A stretch of 64,000 bases of DNA from Azolla caroliniana (lineage: Eukaryota; Plantae; Polypodiophyta): NCBI GenBank assembly GCA_043228905.1, contig JBHGNT010000018.1, positions 4,898,001 to 4,962,000 on the forward strand. The letters run 5' to 3'. Below the pieces are notes generated by a model that saw only the letters and a program-made list of their open reading frames with translations, had not been told where the DNA came from and did not search any database. This document shows positions 22,760 through 34,053 of this stretch, piece by piece. The translations under genes and the position numbers were made by a program. Numbering within the stretch: position 1 is the stretch's first letter; each line of letters starts with the position of its first letter.

Positions 22760-23270
22760 GTTTAACACCAACGGGCATGAGTACACACACAACCCATGTG
22801 ATTCCCATCTTATCCACTTCCTCTACAACAAATATCGAAGAGGTTGCAAAATAGAATGCAAACCCTTATTTGTCCATGGAAACAATGGCAAGTAATATAA
22901 TATCATGGGTTCCATAACACATTATACAACCTTTAGGTGTACATGAAATGGCCAAGATTGTGACTTCCAATACATAAACCTATCCCTTAATTTACTAGAC
23001 ATCCATTCAATCAATTGACCATTTGTAACATTCATTCCCAATGGATACCCCAAGTGTTGAAAAATAGGGTCATTCCTTGTCACGGATCCTTGCCATCCTA
23101 AATATTCTAAATCTCTTGCAGTGCATGATATGAGACTAGACTTCCTCTAATTAATATGTGATCCAGAAGCCAATGAAATTTGGTTCCATACAACTTTACA
23201 AGCATCCTCTTCTCGGGATTCTTTAGTAAGACTCATAGAAACATGAAAGAATCATCTGCCAAAGCAAGTG
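22760..23270 (-). mobile_element. decayed L1-type LINE reverse-transcriptase C-terminal fragment
   Basis: Minus translation LASGSHIN*RKS, FQHLGYPLG, YWKSQSWP, YYLPLFPW. Confidence 0.65.
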
Positions 23271-23346
<76 letters not shown>

Positions 23347-23347
23347 G

Positions 23348-23394
23348 AAGCCTCTATCCTCTGGTGGGGATCCAAGGCAAAGAAGATGAGATCA

Positions 23395-23426
<32 letters not shown>

Positions 23427-23540
23427 ATCTATCTATATATATATATATATATATATATTTGAGGTGTTTTCTTGATTAAGAAAAAATTATTTCTGATCTC
23501 ATCTTCTTTGCCCTGGATCCCCACCAGAGGATAGAGGCTT
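23348..23540. mobile_element. MITE-like foldback with 47-bp inverted repeats
   Basis: 23348-23394 is the reverse complement of 23494-23540 with one mismatch; spacer holds (CTAT)n(AT)n. Confidence 0.75.
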
Positions 23541-25299
23541 GGCGCATGTCAGCACACGTACAATAGTGAACACACACTTCACAACAATGCACTTCTTTTG
23601 AGAAGCTAATGGTATATTTTTCATTTACATTATGACTAACAACGGTGTGTGCCTCTTTATAATGAACATATATGACCTTTTTTATTTCATCAAGAATGTT
23701 CTCTTGGCGAAAAGGTCATACAATTTATATGTGTGTGTAAGATTTCAACCGTCAATCTAGTTGGGTACATAAGGAAACATGCACATGCAAGGAGGAACAA
23801 GCCCATGCCAACTTTGTATGCTTTTGCAATGCCCAAAGGTCATATCCAAAGTTATTATATATTAAGCCTTTGGTGAGAGAACTATGATATCGTGGTATAG
23901 GCATATTTATAAAGTCAACATTAACACATGCCGAGTTGGTTTTCTTTCACTTCACTAGTGACTCTTTGCAACAAATTTTCAAGAACTTTCATTATTTTAC
24001 AATCACAAACATCAAGATTCAACATTTTGATAAATAATTGTGTGATTATTGTCGCAACACCGTCTTACTCGTATACTTTCAAAATTATACATCACTTCAA
24101 AGAGAATATAGGTTGATCAAATATATGACATCGCCACACTGGATGGAAATGAAAGCAACATAGGTTTTCAAATTGATCATTGTTGCTACTTGATTATAAT
24201 TTATCCAATGACTAATCATTTGCAAAATCAAGTGTACCAACTCTTTTCATGTATTTCTAACCATCAATATCATGTGAAATTTGCTCACCCGTGATTCATT
24301 CCAATACACAAAAGAATAAGGTATCATAAAAAGCATACACTCATTCAATTCAGGTTACTTTTAGATTGTGGTTACCCATCCAATAGGGTAAATGAATCAC
24401 TTTTGAGAGCATACAAGTCGACAACTCTTTTTGTGTAAAATATAGCCTCTCATGTTTATATGTCTATGGAGATTTAACAATGCATGTGTCATATATGAAA
24501 AACATGGAGTATGAATGTCTAGGTTGGTCATATAACACTCTCATATTCATTCCAATGGAAAGTTTACTTTGAGGATCACAAACTAGTTATGCTTCTTTTA
24601 TTTTTCAAAATTAATTGGACACTCATGGTAAAATATAAATGAGCTCTTTGCATGTTCTTGAACCCACAAGGAGGGTTATAGCAACCTATACATTGAATAT
24701 GTTTTGATCTTGTCCATTGGAATGACAATATTGCCTTTATTCGACACACAATCATGATATATTGTGATTTCTGTTTGAAGTATAGACTTTATCACTTTAT
24801 TCCACATGGATTGACGAAGTCCAAATTTACAATGACATGCAATTTCATTAAAGTTGATCATATATCGTGTCCTGGATCAATTTAAATTGTTGATAAGAAA
24901 GAGGAAGCTTTTCTTGGTTAGTGTTCAACTAATCATCTTAGAAATATAAAACTCAAATGTAATCTTTCCAAGCATAAAAGGTTCTTTGATTCGAAGTTTT
25001 GGGAGGGAGGCTATGCATTCCCTCCTTTATGGAGTGGGTGTCCTCTCGCATGTTTAGACAAAAAAGGTGCAAGGATCATTAAATTTCATGTTGCTCACAT
25101 GCTTAGTAGTCGTTTGAGGACCATTCAAAGCTAGAAACATTTATCTCAATGTTAGCAATGAAAACTATATATATATATATATACATATATTCCAAAAACA
25201 AATCCTTCGATTATTTTACAGATGAGAGTGTTATATACAAACCCCTATAGGGATGCGATAGATCCATCTTATGTGGATGCCCATTGACTCAAGGAAGGG

Positions 25300-26350
25300 A
25301 GAGGACAACCATTGTTGGATGAAGGCTAGTCATTGTCTTTCAACTCCATCAGATCCACCCGTGAGTCCATCGTATTGGCTCTTTAAAGTGCTACAACTTC
25401 ACTCCATATATCTTGCATTAACATTACTAGATGCACGGTTTGGTTTGAGAAGATCCATCTACACCGTTGTTTCCATATAATCCAAATAGTTATTGGTTTG
25501 TGCAATTCCAACACAAATTGAGATTTGACATTAATAAGAGTTGAGTGGATATTGTCAATGGTGGAAAAGAAAACGTATTGTGCTTTTATCACCAAAGTCG
25601 TCCCCTCCTCCCAATGTTCGTACCTGTCAATAGGGGCTTGCCATGATAACCAACAAACATTTCCCCACTTGATTGTGCCTTACATATGGCATAATTGCAA
25701 TAGGCAGCCAAACCCCCACCATATTCAATGGGTCTCTAGGCAGTCCCACAACGCGTGTTGGATTGATTCTATTGCATTACGGCACATTATACAACTAGAA
25801 GAGCTAAGGTTCCCACACTACCACGTTCCAACTAGTAGTGACTTATGTATTAATAACCATTGGAACGTTGTGATTCACCTAGTGTGTTGTTGTTTCCGGA
25901 TTTTCTGCCAAACCTTAGTGATAATTGTATGAGGAACATGATATGTGTGTCATACCTTTGCAGCAGTCGACTCTCGGGCGGTTTGAGCAGCTAGAATGTG
26001 GTGACCCAATATAGTCGTGAACTGGAAGAAAGGGATGGTGTTGCTTCCTTGACCCACATAAGGATCACACCACATCCATTGCAAAGGGCCCCAACTGACC
26101 TTACGTAGCCATGTGTTTTCATGAGTACATATGTGCCATTTTGGTTATACCTTGATCGGATCAGGATCTACAATCCATTTATGCTAAGTGTATGCGAGTA
26201 CTCGATTTGCCATACTCAATGTTGGTGTCTCATTGTCTTGCAATTCATGGTTTTCAATCCTATCCAATGTTTCCCTACCTCTTGGGATCAAAGAGCCCTC
26301 CTCTTTTTAGCATATCCACTTCTCCATTGTTGTCCTTTGATTAGCAGAAT
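25300..26350 (-). mobile_element. decayed L1 LINE 3' region (zf-RVT-like zinc finger); boundaries approximate
   Basis: Minus translation FQWLLIHKSLLVGTW*..SCIMCRNAIESIQHALWDC near 25740-25870. Confidence 0.6.
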
Positions 26351-29300
26351 AAATCAATATATTGTATATTAAGATATTATCTCAAGGTACATCTTAATAC
26401 CCCATGTTCTACATGTACTAATTGATCACGTGAAAAATCCCAAATTTAAATTGTTTGATGAACCACCAACTTGATATGGAAAATAATTGCAATAGAACGA
26501 AGGCTTTGATATTTTTGTCAAGTTTGGGGAGGGATTATATTTGCACGGAGTCTTTTGTTTGGCATTGTTGAACTAACACAAAAGTATGAGTTTGAACATC
26601 ATATTAAAAAAGAGCACCACATTATTCTTATTGAAAACAAGGACGTGATTGCGAAACTTCAAAGGTTCCATCCTACATTGTCCATATTTGCATTAAAGAT
26701 AAAAAAACAACATGAAGTTTGCCCAATATCATCCTCGTGTATCTTCAAAAGTTTCCACATCAATTAATTCTTATTAGGAACATGACCAACTAATGGAATT
26801 GAAGTCATTGATACGCCTAAACATGGACAACGAATAAAGTCGTGGTTCTTCCACTCAAGAAAACTCTGTTTTTGTGAAAGTCAACACATACAATATTGAT
26901 GCTTAAGTTGAGCTCGTCAAATCACACAATATCAAGCATTATTCATATTATGGTTTTTAAAATACTTTTTATCTGTAAAGTATTCAATCATGGTGTGCAC
27001 ATTTTAAGCTTGTCAGAAAGTGATACGCATTTGTATGATAAACTAAAATGTAAGGTTAAAGATTGAAAACCAAGCATTAAATGTGTTTGTTGGATATAAA
27101 AACCCTTTGTGTGTATTTCACAGTGGAACATGTGAAGATGTTTCATAGAAATGGAGAATAATTTCCCAGAAAACTGTCACAAGACTTTGGAAGTTTGCAT
27201 ATTGTACATTATGTAGATACTTACAAACTTAATAATCGTTGCTTTGCAATAGAAATATTAAATTGAGAGGTATGTACTTGAGCGCAATGAGAATAATATC
27301 TTCATGTGCAACGCATCCCATTACTAATTGAGCAACACAACAATAAAGTTCTAATCAATCCATAAATCATTGTTAATTTTGCCAATGGCATATTAATATG
27401 GCACATTATGTGCTTCACATAGTTAATCATACATTTCCTTAGATCATATGCACGTATTGCATGTGTCACTTCGTTGTGTATATGTAGTGTGGAATAATAC
27501 CAAGATGCTCTTGTTAAATGGTTTACTTGATAACATCGTCTAATCTATGCCAACCATACAATGAATAATAGGATTGAAAGAGGCATGTTTAGTTATTTTT
27601 TATATCCCAAGGATCCTGTTTCGAAACATGGAAGATTGTAACCAAAATTATGTTCGCCATGCCAAGCTTGTTTTTTATTTGTTTGCTTTTACGTGCATCG
27701 TGCAACAATATATGCATCAAGCGGTGATAATTATTGAGAATATGACCTATCTACAATTAGCTAGCAACTTGACTTTTGCTTTCGACGTGGGCTTAGCTAC
27801 ACTATCTAAATGTAGCTACACACAACATTTTATTAGCAAACTACAGAAGCTAACTCAACAATTAGATTTATTTTAGACATCCAATCAATAAGAGACTTGA
27901 AAATGCTAAGGTTATACAAACCATTTTTGAGAGTCTTTGATATATGACCCCCTACATCTATCTTTCAATTTCAAACTCGAGTATGTGTGATGGTATATCT
28001 AGACATATGAGCGACATTTTTTATATTACCCCTACAAACCATTTTTATGGATTCTTAACAAATGGTCTAGTGTTAGGCCATGTATTTGATAAATCAACCA
28101 ATATTTGACCCGATGTTTTAACAACATAGAGGAAAATATGTGATTGATATTTGAGAGGTGTCAAACATAGATACTACCAAACATACTTTTTTGTTGCATT
28201 TTGAGAGGGGAGACTAAAAAAATGGTGACGAACTTCGTTGTCCTATCCATAGGTATTGCCCTGCCCAAGAGCTTATTTCACTTTCTATAGATATTATTGT
28301 AAAGTTTGCAGTACATTTGTGCAAGACAATTAGGCATCTTACAAATTAGAATAGAGACGAAAAAAGTATGACATCATTATTATAATTATTTCGAAAATAC
28401 CAGAAATATGCCTCTCTTTGAGATGATCGTGGATGCGATGTGCATGTGTGTGAGTATGATGAAAACTGAATCATTTATTCAATAATTAAAGTGGTGGTAA
28501 AAACTATGCCCTTGACAAAGAAGTCGATTGCTTCATTCTTTATACCCAATCAAACTAATAAGTTAGTCAAATGGTCATTTATTGGTTTTCCATGAATACG
28601 CTCAAACCCACACGACAACAACATTAAAAAAAACTCTATATCTAGTCTTCCAACAAATATTAACTAGTGTGTACATATACATGTATTCCACAAGCATTGG
28701 TGATTAGTCCATGACTATAATAGTTGTAATTGTAGTTATAACACATTAAGAGTAACCAATTATTAATATATGACGTGTCATTGTGTTTGTGGGATGATTT
28801 AAATAGATTGTGTGACGAAATCAATCATATTCATCATTCATTGCCAAAATACTCTACGCATATTCTAATATAACCAAAGCATCATAGCAATGTGCGAAAT
28901 GTATTTGCCTTGTTTGATGCATTGAAAGGCAATCAGGTAAAGTTTTTCTTTGCTTAGGTTACTTGATGCATTGATGTCCCATGCTCTCAATGTTGACACG
29001 ACTCTCGGGTTCAACCATGTATCAATTTGTATATGAAAAGTCTCGAGGAAGGCCATTTGCCACTCCACTTAACGTGTTGTTATCGATTATTATTCCCATG
29101 ATTCTTATTTTGTTCATTGCTATCACAAGCAAATAATCCGTTATGAGCACATGCCTTGAAGTATAAACGAGTATATTCATTTGGCAAGCAAGTGGTTGGT
29201 GACCTTAATTTTGGAGACAATTATATTTTGTATGTTGGCGAGCTTCTAATTGTTGGTTGGTTTTCTATCCATGACCAATTCATGACCTATCCATGCATGA

Positions 29301-31493
29301 TAGATTCATGAATCATGACCCATCTATGACCATCCATTACATACCCATGAACATTTATAAGGCATGCATTTCTTACCCCATTGTTAAAGAGTCTCTTGCA
29401 TGAAGATTCTCATCAAAGACCATGACATATATCATGGACATACCATTACATTAACAAATATGGTCACTTGTACCGATAATAAAGAAACTTGTAACTAGCA
29501 TGCTATTAAAATAATCCCCCATCCTTGAAACGCTATTAACTTAAACCCACTAAATTAAACATAAATATTCATCAATTTTCAATATCATTAGCATTAACAC
29601 TCGATCTAGACACAATACTTGTCATTCAAATCAATAAACCAACATATGCAACATAAGTCAACTGGCACAACACATGTACCTTTGGTTTAACCACTTTCCA
29701 TACATATTCCCTTGATTTGTTTTGATCACATGGTGCTCATAACTGGCTAGACATTCTCAACCATGATATGAAAATGTGGCTTAAAAGAAGCGTAACCTTG
29801 CGATCCTCATACACGGGGTGAACTCGTCTTAAGGAGGAAGAGCGGAGAGTAGTATATGCACTCTATTCCAACAACCCTACAACCCTTTTAGCATGTTTGT
29901 CAACAATTATGCACTCGTATTTGAACTGACAAAGCACTCTCAATACCTTGAAGACTCAAGCAACTCGTAAACTCGGTAAGCGAAGTAACAAATACTCTAA
30001 AAGAAAAAAGGATAATCTTTTTTTTATTTAGTTGTTTTATGTGGAGTATTCTTGACCGAAGATTGGCCCATTATAATGAAAAGAAACAAAAAACAAAAAA
30101 GAGTTGGCACACAAACTTAAGCACCCTATAAAACAAATTCATCACCAAAGTAAACAAACTAAACAACTTGATGCTTTTAAACAATGCCTTTATTTGTTGG
30201 AGGAACACAACCCTCGGAAGCCATCCTAAAAAGAACTTGAAAATCTTTTTGGAATGGACACAAGCCCCCCTTCCATCTATTATAAAAAATGAGAATTATT
30301 ATTAGATTGGTTTATTTGTTTCATTTGTTTTTCGCTTTCATTGAATATTTCATGATTTTAAGTATTTCTTTCATGGGTACGTCATGAATGGGTTGGTGGA
30401 TGATCATGAATGATAATACATCCTCGTGGATGGGTTGTATATGGTCTTGTGTGGGTCATGAAAAGTAAAGAAAAGAACAATGTGAGAGTTCCAACATACA
30501 TGATAGAAGGAGTTAAGATTGGGTGTGCATTGGGTTGAATGGATTCATAGATACACCCCATGGTGCTAGGGGAGGGGTGCAATCATGCTTATATTTGAAG
30601 TATCAGACGATAACTAGATCAATCAACCTCTAAAAAATGTATGTTTGTAGCTCAAATATGTATGTTCCTTTGGGGGAATTGTTGACAAATAGCACAATGT
30701 ACTCATATTGAAGAACAAATTCATAGTGCTAAGAATCGACTGTGGTTTTGTCAAAGATAGTGATGATCTTGTAACGAAGTTCAAATTTGAAAAATGCAAG
30801 GAACACAAGAGTGCAAAGAGAGAGGCAGAGGAGTAAATCGAAGGGGGGAGTCATCCCATAGTCGACATGGTTGTGTCAAACTAGTTGGAGAGCATGAGGC
30901 CATCACTTTCAATACATTGGCATTGTGTGTAGGTTAGGAGGCATGAGTGTTATTATTCTATTGTACCAAATATGTGTGATTTGTTAATGTGAAAGTAATA
31001 TATACATATGTATATCGACATGATTCGTTAATGTGAAAGTAATATATATACATATATTGACAATGAATCCAGGCTTGAGAGGCTAAGTTGTATTTTCATG
31101 AAAAAAAGGTAGCAAGAGAGGGTGGGGGGGGTCCCCAAAATGCTTTGAAATAGGCCACAAATCCCATCATGAAACTCCACTATATTGGGATGGGTTGACC
31201 TCCAAAAGAAGTCAAGACAATGAGACTCATTTCTCCCCCCTCGAGAATCCTTCTTTCTAAGGAAGTATGTATGTATGTATGTATGTGATGAGGTTGAGGT
31301 AGTCCCTAGGCCTAGCCGACAACGTTGGAATGAGGGTATTTCAGGAAATAATAATAGTACGAGGCAAAGCTGGTAATATATATGTACATGCATACATAGG
31401 CCTAGGCCCCTACCCTAGCCTACAACGTTGAAAGGGTATTTCAGGAAATAATAATAATACGAGTGCCAAAGATGGCGCATATTACATACCGGG

Positions 31494-31650
31494 GAAAAAG
31501 AAAAAGGAAAAAAGAAAAAAGAAAAAAGAAAAAAGAAAAAAGAAAAAAGAAAAAAGAAAAAAGAAAAAAGAAAAAAGAAAAAAGAAAAAAGAAAAAATAG
31601 AGAAAAAAGAAAAAATAGAGAAAAAAGAAAAAAGAAAATAGAAAGAAAAG
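31494..31650 (+). repeat. (GAAAAAA)n heptamer array
   Basis: Regular GAAAAAA units, degenerating at the right end. Confidence 0.9.
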
Positions 31651-32120
31651 GGAATCGTTGGAACTTGGAATAATCGAAAAACGGCGACGTGAACGAAGGA
31701 GGCGCGGAATAATAAAAAAAACTGTTTTTTTTTAAATTAAATGTTTTGGGAAAAACTCTTTATTTATTGCATTTTAGCTTTCTGGATTAGTTTCCAACAG
31801 ATATTTTCAATTATTACATTTTAAAGTTTTCTACATTAGTTTTTTCCGTTTCCGTTCAAAAAAAAAACAAAAAAACATTTAAAAAATTGTCCTTTTTTTT
31901 AATAAAGAGTCCAGATGTTTTTTCAAAATCCAGACAATTATATATAATAAACGCAGTAACCAAATTTAGAAACTAAATTAAAAATTGGCATTTCTTTCAT
32001 AAAAGTCTATTTAAAAAAAGGAAGAAGAAGAAGAAAAATCAGGCATTATATTATTATTGCTTTTTTATATTTATTATTATTATTATTTCCTGTAAATTGT
32101 TTTGAGTTGGAGGCGGCTCA

Positions 32121-32147
32121 CACGCGTCCCCACTTCCGCCACGTGGC
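32121..32147 (+). promoter_or_regulatory. CGCG/CE3-like motif plus palindromic G-box/ABRE in the probable promoter
   Basis: CACGCGTC 32121-32128 and GCCACGTGGC 32138-32147 at the AT-rich to CT-rich transition upstream of the gene. Confidence 0.55.
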
Positions 32148-32210
32148 ACCATCCCCTCTCTCTCTGTCTGTGCGTCTGTCTGTCTGTCTGTCCGTGTGCC
32201 TCGTTCCGAA

Positions 32211-32249
32211 AAACCCTAACCCTAACCCTAACCCTAACCCTAACCCTAA
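32211..32249 (+). repeat. telo-box followed by (CCCTAA)6
   Basis: AAACCCTAA 32211-32219 continuing as six perfect CCCTAA units 32214-32249. Confidence 0.85.
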
Positions 32250-32313
32250 CTCCCTACCTCTCTCTGCACGTCGTCTCCCTGTGTATCTCCCTCTCTCACA
32301 GACAGACAGAGAA

Positions 32314-32362
<49 letters not shown>

Positions 32363-32633
32363 AAGGAGATTCATTTGCTTGATGATCTTCTCCTCCTCCT
32401 CCTCCTCTTCTTCCTCCTCATCTGTTGGAACCACAGCTGGCCATGGCGTACTGATCTCTCCTTTCCTCTTCAACTTCTCACTGATCTTCTTCTTCTTCTT
32501 CTTCTTCTTCTTCTTCTTTTACAGAGCTAGAGCTTCTTGTCATCTGGATCGTTGCTATCCACAGACACACTTCCCTCCCCCCTCCCTCTTTCTATTTATT
32601 TCTTCTGCCTCTTCATCGCTGCTGTTTTCTTTG

Positions 32634-32664
<31 letters not shown>

Positions 32665-33478
32665 GTGTTTCTATGCGCAGAGAGAAACGATCTGAATACA
32701 AAGGTAGTGTGCTTGCTTATCCATGCTATCTCTTTTGTCTATGAAAAGCTCGATACTTTTATATATATAAATATATATTTTCCGTGGCAACTATCACCAT
32801 CACCCTGGTCTTTTAAGTTCTACGCTTTGCGAATATTTTTCTGAAGAACTTCCTCTCCCTTTTTATTTTTGGCAGCTCAAGAATCGAAGAAAAAGAAGCC
32901 ATAGATGATCATCTATGCTCTCTTAATGTAGAGGTATAATCAGCTATATCTGTTATAATCATAAGTCTTGTATCTGTTTGTATTTTGCTTGATTTTTTTT
33001 TTCTCTCTCTCTCTCTCCTTTTCCTTTGCTAGCATTATACATTTTGAGGTACTCTGCTGCATCTCTTTTTCGCAGAAAGAAACGATTGTATTAATAGAAT
33101 ATTAACACGGAAAGAAAGCCTGTCCACAGTCATCTTCTGTTCAAGCAAGGTACATATTGAGGCCTGATAACTTATTAAGTTTCCATAGGATTTGATCATG
33201 GAAGAAATCTCTTTTATATTACAAGAACGTGTTTCTACTGATTATCATGAAAGGGTGAATGTTAACTTATCCGACCTTACTCTTACAGAAGTTTCCTTTT
33301 TATTTTTTTTGCAACACAGGCATCAAAGAAAATCAGAGATTAATCAAAGAAAGGTATATTACAATGACGTCTTGTCAAGTTTCTAATCGTTTGATCATGA
33401 AAGCCAGGTCTGCCAGATATCAGATCTCACCTTAAAGAAGGCATATCTGGTTTGGTACTTCACTTGTACCAAGTTTAT
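32250..33478 (+). other. predicted spliced 5' UTR of the glucosyltransferase gene
   Basis: Plausible GT-AG introns 32704-32875, 32934-33075 and 33150-33319 with pyrimidine tracts; TSS not determinable. Confidence 0.45.
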
Positions 33479-34009
33479 ATGGGCATGGAAAATCTCGAGG
33501 AAGAAAATGCCTCTTCCTCGACATCATCTTCCTCAACTGCTGGCAATTGGCCATCTACGGAAGCCCACACAGCATGCTCGATCGAGAGGATTAGATGCAG
33601 TGATACCTTGATGGGTGGAAAAGGGAAACATGCAGGAAGAAACCTCGGATCTGAAACTAATCTAGACCTGTTCTCTGAAAGAGAAGGGATAGGTGAGGGC
33701 AATCTAGGAGGAATTCCAACAGTGAATCACGTTGTTGCTTCCGAATTTCAAGAAACCAATCGACAAAATGATTTACACAGGTATCCAGTCAGAGACTCCG
33801 CTACCATGCCACGTGAGAACATAAACTATAGCAACAAATATGATAACGAGCCAGTAGTAGAATGCACCTTATCTATTTCTCCGGCTGGGCAGACCAGTCT
33901 GGGTAACGAAATGTTGTCTTCTCCTGTTTCCTCGAGTGTAGCAAATGTCACTGATTCGATGCAGTCAAGCTGTGCAACTGTTTCATCTGGTAGTTCCCTT
34001 TATCATTCT

Positions 34010-34053
<44 letters not shown>

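Noticed and set aside
23600-25250. Possible coding relics in AT-rich DNA (also 26400-31000, 48000-49700 and 61700-63900)
   Set aside because: No motif I could assign with confidence; 62000-62650 looks LTR-like but termini and TSD were not found.
32214-32249. Interstitial telomere from a chromosome fusion
   Set aside because: Only six units, one orientation, promoter context.
32102-32744. Low-complexity ORFs (LTLTLT, NPNPNP, ERERER, poly-S)
   Set aside because: Translations of microsatellites in the promoter and leader.
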